From: Tubulanus polymorphus
Lineage: Eukaryota > Animalia > Nemertea
Assembly: GCF_964204645.1 (NCBI RefSeq)
Contig: NC_134035.1
Span: 12,556,451 to 12,620,450 of the forward strand
Length of the DNA stretch: 64,000 nt
Direction of reading: 5' to 3'
Shown: one piece after another, positions 1 through 12,300 of the stretch
Layout: the number at the start of each line of letters is the position of its first letter
How positions within the stretch are numbered: position 1 is the stretch's first letter
The notes under the pieces: model-generated
What the model was told of the DNA's origin: nothing
Databases searched by the model: none
The model's input: only the letters and a program-made list of their open reading frames with translations
Position numbers and translations under genes: made by a program

Positions 1-374
1 TCTCTCTATTTTTTTTCGCAGAATGAAAAACACCAGACATTTTCGTCGTTAGTGTCGGTACGACTGGTAAGTGTTAGATTTTCACTCGCACTACAAACAC
101 GCTGAATAAACATCGCACTTTTTAAATGCCGCCGCCGCCGCCGCGTTCCGCGAGAATAATCACCAAACGTCGAATACGGATTAATCTTTATAGACATCAC
201 CGAAAACTGAGTTTTTTCCTATTCGGATATCATTTATATTAACCAATGCAAAATGCATATTGGCTTAGACTCAACTTAAGACCTGTCTAAACAAGACCAT
301 TATCCAACTTAAGCCAGGACTCAGAACTATACTTTAAGGGCCAGTTTTATAGACTGTGTTTTTATTAACCAGGT

Positions 375-512
375 GCTGGTTGCATAGTCATGGCTTAGAC
401 TTAACACTAGTCTAAGACCCCAACTTAGTTCTATAGCCAATCTAACAATTAAAGACCGGTCTTATGATTTAAGACCACTTTTGGACTTAATTCATGACTG
501 CGCAACTGGCCC
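375..512. mobile_element. Short MITE of an abundant family (PIF/Harbinger-like termini)
   Basis: Inverted termini (ggttgcatagtcatg ... catgactgcgcaactgg) around a core ttaagacc/gttctatagccaatctaacaa. Related copies lie at ~590-750, ~9500-9605, ~21440-21595, ~25930-26100, ~30942-31072, ~40633-40745 and ~53905-54000. The superfamily is inferred. Confidence 0.6.
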
Positions 513-1082
513 CTAGGCCTTATTAAAATCGGATTGGATTACCTTTCGGTTAAGTTGAGACCAGTCTGTAAAACCGACAACTAGAATTTTTAGAAGAGAA
601 ATGGGCACCAAGACTGGTGAAAGCCGATGGTCAAGTTAAACTTCAGTCCAAATGAGGTCTCAAATCTCAAGACTAGTCTTAAGTTGTAAGATTGGCCATG
701 GTACCAAAATGCTCTTTGGTCGTAAATCTAAGCCGTGACTGAACTGACTGTAGGGTTTATTCAGTCTGAATTATTATCGCATCAATCGCGATTTTTTCAA
801 GTCGATTCCTGACGAGTGTGAATTTCATTTCATGTTTAGACCGCAGACACAATTTCACATCTCGACTCAGCTCGTTATAAATCACGTCTCGTTTAAATCA
901 CCGTCTGAGACGGTATTTATAGGCGCGAAATACCATTGAAAAAAATGCATCATCGATCACACATTTTCGACGGAATCGTAGAAAAATCATTCCGTTCGAC
1001 AAAAAATGATCGTTAAATGTTGCGTATTTTGTAGTTTTATGGTTCGTGCAGCTGTCGCATATTTTTTTCTATCTATTTTCAG

Positions 1083-4000
1083 CGTTGGGTGGATGAATAT
1101 TTGCATTGGAATCCGGCTCAGTTCGGTAACGTAACGTCCATTCACATTCCCGCCTACGATATCTGGATACCAGATTTAGTGATCAGTAATCAGTGAGTAT
1201 CGATCATAGCAGTTCGACGGATATTTCGGTTTATTCTGAATTCTAAAATCAAACTGCTGCCCGATAGTGACCTAATTTCTAAGGTTCAGAATTGTCGGAG
1301 TAAACGTTTTGAGAATATACGACGACATTCGCAGAAACCTGCTCGTAGCGATCATTCTATCGCGACAACTTGAACCTACGCAAAGAAAATACAAATGAAA
1401 ACGCCGCATTTCACCTAAGATTTCTCCATGCTTTATATACACAAGCCTTAAGCAGTTATTTCTCCTCTAAGCCGAGATAAACAGTGAATAAAACTCGCTA
1501 TCATCGAAATCTACGAATGAAACGAGCAGAACGAACCAACCCACAATGCCGATGATATCTATAATATATTGTTCCGATAGATTCGACATTTATCGGAATC
1601 TTTTCTTCAGACAAACAGTTATCTACATGCTATTTGAAAAAAATAAGAAAAATATGACTTTACTACAGAATGGAATGGTGAGAACGGGGACTAAGAAATG
1701 AAATTGACTTATAATCAATTGTGGAATTGTTCACGAAAGAAGAAAAACCCACATGAAGAAAGAAACTACGATTAGTGTATTGTCGCTTTGACTCAATTCT
1801 GAGCCATTTCAAAAATAATAATCTTTATTTACATTGAAATTATAACATAATATAACACTCGAGTTGAAACTCGAGTAGATTTTTCTTCATCTTGTGGGTT
1901 TTTCTTCTATTGAATTAAACAGTTATTCTTCTCGCATAATTCGTCGTAAAATCTTGCATTATATCGTTTACACTCAGATCAGTTTATCCGCCATTTCCAT
2001 TCTAAAAAAAGATTCGCCGTCATTATAAACAAGACGGTGGCCGCGTGTTCCGTCGACAAGACAAACAACATCAACTACTAACACTTCATAACGACAATAA
2101 ACCATTTTACAGTTGCTAGCCGCCATTTTGTTAGGGTACTTTTGTCCCGTATTGTTGGGTCATTTTTTTCTCTTTTTTAAAAACTATCCGTGATGCGTGT
2201 TGTATCATATTTCATCTGTCCATGGATGGATTTTGACAACTTCAGCAACATTCAAACCGCGTAAATCTCTAGTTTTCAGTTATGTAAAAATCATTTCTCA
2301 AATTTACAACAATGCGACATGAGAGCGATATAAAAATCGGTGGTCAGTTTTTGCCGTGCGCATAGAAATCAAGGGTACTGAAATTTGAAGTTCGTTATTT
2401 TCAGAAATAATTTTCTAAAAAATCCAAGCATTTCAAGAACTGTGCGCATAAATGCCCCCTTTCAGGTGAACTTTGAAATTTTAAGATATCTTGCCTAGTT
2501 TTTTTCCTATGGCACTTTAACTGCAGCGCGTGTATTGTCATTCCGAGATTCGGCGCTGTTTTCTTTGCGTGTATTTCAGTATATGGGTGTTATTTTTTCA
2601 TTTTTACTACACTTGTCTCTACGGAAAATGGTTTTAATTGTTGGTACGAGTATCAGGTTTTAATATTACGTCATTTATGCAATATAATAGATCGAAGACA
2701 TTAGAGATGTTGGAGTTTAAGGGATTTTTTTACCAGTTTTAGCAGCGAGACTGAACGGCATTTTGATCACGTATTCGAAGTTGTGCGCGGGAAGAGAATA
2801 TATGGGCCTATATTGAGATGGAAGAAGAAAAGAAATATAACACTCAAAATCGAGTATGATGACCATTTAAATCAGTAGTCTATCAATAAATTTACATAAA
2901 AACTACTGAAATTAGATGGATGGAGAAGTGGTCAAAAAGCTGGACAAATGGGTTGGGGCAAATATCCAGCTACTTTCTATGAATACTTTCTATTAAGTAC
3001 ACACAAGATTGATTAGATTGGGAAGAAAATATAGGAAAACGTTTTCTTGCTTTGGTGGTGACATATCAAGTATCAAGTCCTAATGTCAGACACAGGTGAT
3101 AAAAAGTAAAAAGTGACATCTACCATCACAAGAACGCAAGAAGTGTGTGGATTGCATTTACAACAAATGAGTGATATTTTGGTTTTTCTTGGGTGCATGT
3201 ACGTAAGCCTCTGCCTGCTGTAAAAGCGGCTACCAATACAGCCATTACGAACTAGCGCCGGAGAACGGAATACAGTATTAATGCCGTAATATTAAAACCT
3301 GATACTCGTACCAACAATTAAAACCATTTTCCGTAGAGACAAGTGTCGTGAAATGAAGAAATAACACCCATATACTGAAATACACGCAAAGAAAACAGCG
3401 CCGAATCTCGGAATGACAATACACGCGCTGCAGTTAAAGTGCCATAGGAAAAAAACTAGGCAAGATATCTTAAAATTTCAAAGTTCACCTGAAAGGGGGC
3501 ATTTATGCGCACAGTTCTTGAAATGCTTGGATTTTTTAGAAAATTATTTCTGAAAATAACGAACTTCAAAGTTCAGTACCCTTGATTTCTATGCGCACGG
3601 CAAAAACTGACCACCGATTTTTATATCGCTCTCATGTCGCATTGTTGTAAATTTGAGAAATGATTTTTACATAACTGAATACTAGAGATTCACGCGGTTT
3701 GAATGTTGCTGAAATTGTCAAAATCCATCCATGGACAGATGAAATATGATACAACACGCATCACGGATAGTTTTTAAAAAAGAGAAAAAAATGACCCAAC
3801 AATACGGGACAAAAGTACCCTAACAAAATGGCGGCTAGCAACTGTAAAATGGTTTATTAAAATCTACGTGCTTCAACCCGCCGAATATAGCAGCATTAAT
3901 GCAACATCGTTACTGTTTAAGAACCATTTCAGCTGCTATTAACAAAAACGATTAATTCTTATTACTCGCAAATATGGCTGCACTCGTGCACTCCGACTCG

Positions 4001-6985
4001 ACTTGTGTTTAATAACATTGTCATCGATGGGGAATTACTGTAATCTCGCTAAGAACCAGGACAGAACCAGGACAGATTTAGCTGTGACATTTATTGATTT
4101 GATTTGAATCTAATTGATATTGTATATACATTTGAATGCTCAGCCCGGCAAGTAAGACGAAAAGTAGGCTTAAATGAAATCTAATTTCTTATTCGTTGAT
4201 TGGACCGAAACAGGCTCAGTCTCGGTAATCACCACCTAAATGGCCTAAGAATCTTATTGAATGAGCAACGTAGCAAACCTCGCCAAACACGGAGAGCGTG
4301 GAACCGAGTTGAGCGAAGTCTGAGTTAAGATGGTCTAATCGATCAGTCTTACATCTAAGCAACTCGATTCAGTTGCACAATAAAATTCGACCCTAAAGCA
4401 TTGAATATGAACTGATCTAACTCTGGTTAACTCTAATTCACAACTGTGGAACTGGGTTCTGAGTTCAGAGTTAACTATTACAGCTGTGGAACTGAATCCT
4501 GAGTTCAGAGTTAACTCTAACTCATAAACGTGGGACCGGATTCTGGAGATTTAAGATCCAGAATATAAAGGATTGAGAAATTCGTAATCTGAAAATTATC
4601 ACCGAGAAGTTCCTGTTCTACGTAAGCATCAGAATAACTGACTAAGTATATCGTTGTCTTCCTGTGGTTGTGAGTACGTCTAGGTCGTCGTTTATGTATG
4701 GATGCACTAACGTGGTCAATCTACGTGTTAGATGTCCACAGTTCGGGATAGTCACCGAGGCAATTTACCGGTAATCCCCACAGGACGGATAAAACCGAAC
4801 ACTTCCTTCCTGCTGCAACGGATTCTAGCGACAAATTAGAAATGCGACGAGCGACGGTGAAAGTTTTCTCTTTGCCGTATCGTATCTGAAGCCAGAGGCT
4901 GCGCGCATCTGTAGACAGTTCGTTCGCTAATCCCGTCACGATAATGAATTCTAAAGATCGCATCGGAAAAAAGACGCCTGGAAAGCTATGACTGTTGTAC
5001 GCTCAGCTATCTCACTCCCGGAAAGCTGTGACCGCTGTACGCTCAGGTATCTCTCTCCCGGAAAGCTATGACTGCTGTACGTTCAGCTATCTCACTCCCG
5101 GAAAGCTATGACTGCTGTACGTTCAGCTATCTCACTCCTGGAAAGCTATGACCGCTGTTCGTTCAGCTATCTCACTCCTGGAAAGCTATGACCGCTGTTC
5201 GTTCAGCTATCTCACTCCTGGAAAGCTATGACCGCTGTACGCTCAGCTATCTCACTCCTGGAAAGCTATGACTGCTGTACGCTCAGCCCCCCTCTCTCCC
5301 TCGGTCCCTAACGATGCTGTTCGTTCCCTACGCTCGTTAAAAATGTCCATAAACCGCTAAATCTTTGAACGGATTTGTCGCGTAGGAATCAATTATTTCT
5401 CAGCGTCAGAAAAGGATACCTGATAACTACCTACCGTAATCTATACGATGGGATTGAGAATAGCCCTGACACTCTGACAAATCAATCAATTTATTCAATT
5501 AAATTCTTCATTGCTCCGTTACGTAGCTCTAAATACATCGTTAGATGATACAATCGACAAAAAGAGCGGTGAACTGAAAGCTTTTTTTAAAGAATGATCA
5601 TAGAGACAATGATCAATGATCATGATAACAATAACGATTGAATATGTACACACATTGAGGTTATGGTATTTCAGTTCGGTAGTTTCCTATACAAACAGAC
5701 ATAATGCCAGTACGATTCTTTCGAACTCGATGTTTAACGGTTTAACTGTTTAAATATCTATATATTTCTACTGTTATTTTCAGCGCCGATGATACTTTCA
5801 GCGGATTTTTGAACACCTATGCAGTCATCCAGTCTTCCGGCGACGTACTGTGGATGTTTCCGGCCGTCGTGAAAATCTACTGCAGCCTCGACGTGCGCCA
5901 TTTTCCGTTCGACCAGCAACACTGCGATATCGTGTTCATATCGTGGACGTACAACGGGTTCCAGTTGGATATCTACTACAATAAAAGCTACAAAAACACG
6001 GTGTACTACACGTCGGAAAACCAGGAGTGGTACGTCAACAAGATCACCGAGGATCGACACGAGAAGAAATACGCGTGTTGCGACGAACCGTACCCCGATG
6101 TTACGTTCACCATACACATGAGTCGACGATCTTTGTTTTACGTGTTCAATCTCATATTCCCGTGTATGTTGATCTACGTCGTGTCGATGTTGGGTTTCTT
6201 TCTGCCGATCGAGTCCGGCGAAAAAGTGAACCTCGAGATCACGATTCTGTTGGCGTTGGTCGTGTTTTTGATGATAATCGGCGAAACGTTGCCGCCGACC
6301 CCTGACGCTATTCCATTACTAGGTAGATACAAAAAAAAACGTTTTCCCTTTCTGGACGCCGTCATGCTGTTATCGCACTTAATTTGTGGAAAAGGCTCAT
6401 TGCGTTAGATACAGCGTTTGATGATTTTGTTTTCTATTTTCAGGTATGTTGTTCGGCACGACGATGTTGATGGTTTCGGTCGCATTGATAATGGGCGTTA
6501 TCGTTACGAACATACATTTAAGGCGTTATTCCGATCAAGAAGTCCCGGCGTTCGTGCGTAGAATATTCCTGCGATGTAAATGCCATCGCAAATCGAAAGT
6601 AAAAGTGCGCACTAGCATGCCGAACAGGGACACAATAGAACTGGACGCGCTGGCGTCTAACGGCACGGAGACCGAGGCGTTAGCCCCGAATACACCGCGT
6701 AGTCGCATGAACGGCACTCTGAAGCGGGATGTGACCGGTCATAGGTTAGCGTACGCGTCGCGGGAGGGCAGTATCACGGACATTGATCAAGAGGTCGTCC
6801 TACCGCTGAGGTCGAGTATCGCCACGCATTGTAAATGTCACGGACCGGAAGGTTGGACGGCCTGCGCTAAGTTCCTCGATCGGTTGTTTTTCTGGATGTT
6901 TTTCACGGCCAGTGTGCTGGCGTTCTTTTTCATTTTCTACCAGGTACCCATACACGTTTTCAGAGACCCGAAACCGCCGTCTTGA
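1083..6985 (+). CDS. Nicotinic acetylcholine receptor alpha-type subunit (alpha9/alpha10-like Cys-loop receptor), 3' part; 5' exons lie upstream of the window
   Basis: Exons 1083-1192 (110 bp, RWVDEYLHWNPAQFGNVTSIHIPAYDIWIPDLVISN), 5784-6322 and 6444-6985 have GT-AG boundaries and compatible phases. Cys-loop CSLDVRHFPFDQQHC, loop B SWTY, vicinal cysteines YACCDEPY, M1, M2 (ESGEKVNLEITILLALVVF), M3 and M4 (LDRLFFWMF) are all present. Confidence 0.95.
2096..3858. mobile_element. Foldback / non-autonomous DNA transposon with ~575-bp near-perfect inverted arms, in an nAChR intron
   Basis: 2096-2670 is the reverse complement of 3285-3858 with only a few mismatches (aataaaccattttacagttgctagcc... 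/ ...ggctagcaactgtaaaatggtttatt). The spacer is ~610 bp with no long ORF. Confidence 0.9.
4978..5287. repeat. Minisatellite, 40-bp unit, ~7.7 copies
   Basis: The unit ggaaagctatgactgctgtacgctcagctatctcactcc(c/t) is repeated head to tail with no spacers. Confidence 0.95.
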
Positions 6986-9360
6986 AACTATTGAACAGGC
7001 GTGAAATCCTGTGAATGAATTGATAAATTACCTGGCACGCTATGTCGGGTATATAGCTTTACGTCGTCAGTAAAGTAGCGGACAGATTTTGGACACGAGT
7101 CGAGAACTGTATTGAACGTACGTACAACGCGTTTATGAACGCTGAGCCAAGCCGTGTATCTTTATAACAATCTCCTTAAGATCTGAACTTTTAATCGCCA
7201 GTTTTTTTCGGAGACATTTTTATCGTTATACGTACATTCTAAAAATGAATTCGCCGATTGAGCGAACCAATCTATATCGTTTAAATCATTCGCTAAACCT
7301 CGCAAACAAACGCGACTTTGTTTGTAGTCTTTTTTTTCTATAACGATCAAGCAATAATAAGATATAAGATCTATATACTGTAAAAACAACGATATCCATA
7401 CAATCACAGTTAGAACGTGAATTGATTTAACAATTCTTTTAGATTCCTTCGTGAAATACACGTTCCATTCATTCATTAACTAGATACTATCTACATGATT
7501 TAAGCCGAATGTCTGGTACGTACAGATTGATGAGCCCGCTTTATTAAGGGATCGATGCCCAACCTGGGTTCAGGTCTGGATCCCCTCGATTGGGTTGTGT
7601 ATCATTTGTGTATATACGATTTTTATTAGCAATTTTAAAAAAAAGCTGGTAAAATTGTAGAGTCACAGAAAAGAGATGTTTTAAAATATGTTTGTTTTTT
7701 GGATTTCGGAGTGTTTTAGTAACATCAGGCGGTCAATGTTTGGCTATTTCAATGTTCAAGGGACGTACTCCGAATATCCATCGCCAAAACCAAAAATCCG
7801 CAGTCTTTATGAGCCTTTGCCTAAACACATAGCAAGAATTAATGGACTAGACCACTAGCAGACACGACCCCGTTGCAAAGTCAAGTCAACTCCGACCACA
7901 GAATATTCTTAAATGTAAAGATTGGTCTAAGTTTTTCAAATGGCAATAGAATCAAGATTGGTCTTAAAACTATACATTAGCGACGGCGCCCGGGTGCTAT
8001 TATCAATACTGTAGCATGTAGCCGACAAATGTCATCGTCTGAAATGAGGGTTTGAAAATTGTCTATTGCGGAAATTCTTCATGTCGATTCAGAGCTTAGT
8101 GTTTACATTGTCATTATGAATTGGTCCCACTTTCTGTAGTGTATACTTTGTGTTCTGTGTCGTGCGACCAAAGCGACATCTATGATAAAATATACATATA
8201 TGTAAATGAGGTCGATATACTAGATACATCCTCCCTCGACAGGGAATCCAACCTGATGACACTGACTTGGCCACGGAACGAAAACCTGCCTGTCTAACCA
8301 TCAGGTTCGAATCCCTGCCGAGGAAGGATGATGCATGTTCATTGATAAAGTTACTGATGTACAAATTTACTGTGTAAATATTGCGGCGAATTTCGATAAA
8401 TAAAATTATATGTATAGTGTTAAAATCTACTTCGTTCTAATTTCGTTTAATCAGTGGACGAAACCTGTTCGCAATAAAAGTGGCCTCAGTCGGAACACCT
8501 TATTAGTCAATGAAATTAAGAATCTACATGGTGGTCATCAACAGAGAGACTGGTCATTGAAAATGGTTGTATTTTGCTGGTGCTATTGTCACGTGCATCA
8601 CAGACTATCGTACTAGCATCGCTCCGACAGCAGACAGTTGGTAATCGATGTATCAAATTTAGAAAATCAATTAATAAAATCAGGATTTACTGCGCTGAGT
8701 TGAAATTCAATTATCTATTTGTATACTGAAAATATTTCACGAATACAAGATTCGGTTCGCCAGTGATTTCGTCATGTACGATTATATCAAAATTTGAAAA
8801 TCGCGTACGAAACGGCTCTTTTGAAGAAATTTGCGTTCGAGAATCTAATAAATAGGAAAAATAATGCGGACACCTAGAAACATGGCACTTAAGGGAACTG
8901 TGAAAAGGCTGATTATCATACGATTCTAAATACATCGCCAGTACATAGAAATAAAGTACATGTATTTATTACATTAGTACTCAGACGGCTGTGTATGAGT
9001 ATACGACACAATTATATTGATTATACTGGTCATTAATTGTAAACACAATGACCGCGTGTGTGTGGCGACCGGTGATGTGTGTCGTACTGCCAGCGAGCCC
9101 GGACAGTACTCACACACAAAACATGCCACCACAAAAACACCATTTACAGTACTAGTCACCCATACATTAAACTTGACAACGTGAAAGTGTCCATTTTCGC
9201 ACCGGAATAACAGGGATTTTAAAATATCCGAATCAAAGATGGAATAATCTTTTATTTATACGGAGTCGTTTCGTTTTCGGATATTATACGGCGTTTGTTT
9301 GGAACGTGTTGATCTCGTGCGGACGAAATTAATCAGAAATCAACATCGGCGACGACAAAA

Positions 9361-12300
9361 ATGATGATTACCGCGAGGAAAACTATTAGTTCACGTCTTA
9401 TCCTGTTCGCGTTTCTTGTACTGATAAGTTATTTATCGCTCTTCCAGCAGTATGATTTCAAGTTTCTTCGCAAACTCAAGGTATCGTTAAACAGATGTTT
9501 AGACACTTAGATCTTTAGACTTGTCTTAAGTTGTTGAGATTGGTTGTAGAGCTCAGACTGGTCTCAAGTTAATACATTGGTTATAGAACTAAGATGGTCT
9601 TATAGCCTATGTTTGTTTGTTGTTTGTTTTTGCCTGATGTCGTTCTAATCTAGGATTCCCCCTATTTGACTGTTCTTGGTCATTTTATCTTAGAATAGGA
9701 GTCTTCCTTCTTGTTATTTATTTGATGGTAGATTTGATCTCATGCATTTTGATTTGATGTCCCTTGCAAACCACACCTGGCAGGCACGATAAGTAAAATG
9801 TTTGATTTGAAATCGGAAATCGAAGTACAGATGGTCGTGTCATCGGCATTCTATAAGCCACAGCTGTGACTGACCCGTGGATCTAGTTCCACCGTGAGTT
9901 GGTGTTGTTGAAATCAGTTCATATTCAACGAGTCAAATTCAGAACACTGTGGAACTGGGTCCTGTTGTCTATTCCTCGTGACATTACCCAACACGGAGAT
10001 GACTAATCAAAACTTAGCCTAAATGTCTCAGTATTTTATTTTACAGGCCTCATATATGTCTCAAACTCCACGTGAATTGAAGCCCTGTCCATCACATTTT
10101 TCGCATTTAGGTAAGGCTATCGAGAAGATTACTTCGCTAATCAGAGGAAAAAAAAGAATAGAGATAATGAATTGATCACTATTTCTTTTCTTCCATATTT
10201 ATATATAGCCGAACTGGGTGAAATAAATCTATCGAAAAATCTGATAGACGCGCCGTCGATCGCTGATATCGAGAAGAACACAAACGGTCTGGACCCGGAC
10301 GGTCACGGCAGACCCAAACACTGCATCTCTAGACACAAAGTAGCCATTATTGTTCCGTATAACGCCGAGGACGACCTTCAACTGAGAACGTTCCTCGCTT
10401 ACATGCACCCGTTTTTACAATCGCAACCGATCGATTACAGGATATTCGTTATTGAACAGGTATGTATTTATTAACATAATTTACGGAACAGTCAGTGATA
10501 CATTGTTTAATGATTGATAAATCACGCGCTAGTGTGACGGTAGCGAGTCGATACTGTTAATATACTAGCACATCTTCGCCGAGGATCTATACTAGTCGCA
10601 TGCCACAGTTGGAATGTCGATCTGCGTGAAATCCTGACCGTCAAGTGCTGCCTCTAACGATTACGTTGGCGGTAAATTTGTGAACTAGCTTCTTACTCGC
10701 CTGCCACAGTAACGCTGTTGCACGGTTGAATTAGTTCAGAATTTCACCGCTAACGTCATCTTGTGAGGCAGCACTTGACAGTGGAGATTATTTTAACAAC
10801 ACTGATGGCGGGCCGAATAAGACTTGAAAACAATTCTCGACACTTGGGGAACTACAAAATTTACCTGACTACCTTTTTGAAATAAAATTGAAATAAAGAT
10901 GCGAATTTTCAATCATATTCCGCCAAGTGTGATAATAGAAATGAATGTACGACTGTAGAAAATTGATAAAAATTTCATCGATAATGAAATGCTATTTTGC
11001 ACTAGTTCCAGTCATAGAAATCGCTCATAGAATCGATTCAAACTTAACTACTCCAATTAGTTTTTCCATCATAAAGATTTCTTGAACTTTATTCCACGTT
11101 CATTTCATTTGTCTACGATTTACAGATGAAAGGAGCAGTCGTCAACAGGGGAATGATGATGAATATGGGATTCATAGAAGCGGATAAAACTCTACCCGGT
11201 TTCGAGTGTTACATATTCCACGATATAAATCTGCTGCCGCTAGATGGCAGAATCGAGTACGCCTGTTTCGACAAACCGCGTTACATGTCGTCAGTAGTTC
11301 ACGATGCCAATGGACGGTAAGATGAAGTAATTGTTTTTAACGCATATGAAGGAATGCGATCGATTCTAAAATGTGTTATTTCTTATTTTTAGAGTGTATT
11401 TTGATATGGAACACGGTGTAATTGCAATCAGAGCCGAGCAATTCCATGAACTCAACGGTTTTCCGACTGTTTACACTGATTCGTTGGACGAGGATTCAGA
11501 TATGCGCCTCAGGTAGGCTCGAGTCCCTGCGCAATTGGGATAAGACCTTGCACCAATTGTGCTGCTGAATTTCCTACCACCCCCTCCCCCACAACCACCA
11601 CCAACCCTTACGTGAAATTGCCTCCCTCTACCAGCTTTCATAGCTAAACGTGGCAGCAAAACATATATCAACATCTAAATGAACATTTCGTTTCTTTCCA
11701 AATCTATGGTGGAATTTTCTGCATCTTTATTCTTGTTTAGCTCGTCCCATTGAAGATCGTTGTTCGTTTCTTTATATTTTCAGGGCGGCTAAATTTGGAA
11801 GTCGTTTCGAGCGGCCGGGGCAAGATTTCTCCCGATACAGATTGATCGGTGAACGAACCGAACCCGTGGATGATCGGAGTCCAGAAAGGTATAAAAGCTG
11901 ATACCAGTATTCTAGCTACGCGTATAAGTGTAATATGAGGTCCCGGGAGCTATGTTCCGGATGACCTAGGGGATTTAAACCTCTCAGTGAGCCGATAGTT
12001 CCACTAAAATAACTGATCGAGAACAACAAATTACTTGCCTGGACAATGCTTTATTCGCAAAGAGAACGAACGTTTACACTCATAGACAGATTCCTGATTC
12101 GGGCCCACTTACCAGGGGAGACTCATCACAAAAATCTAAAATTGTCTATTTTCAAAGGGTATAAATAACGAAACCATGTATAACTCCAGCAGAGAAAACC
12201 CTGGAACGACGCTAGCCAAATCCAAACTTACTTCCTTGATTCCTATATGTCCCTTTTAGATACGTTTAAAATTTTCAAAAAATTCTGACTATTCTTTTGA

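Noticed and set aside
2671-3284. THAP-like VCGLH motif in the foldback spacer
   Set aside because: Only a few residues match and there is no supporting ORF.
4978-5287. 40-bp (and the 38/39-bp) tandem repeats as CRISPR arrays
   Set aside because: They are head-to-tail units with no unique spacers, there are no cas genes, and the context is eukaryotic.
5758-6717. Antisense and alternate-frame ORFs over the nAChR exons
   Set aside because: They are shadows of the real coding exons.
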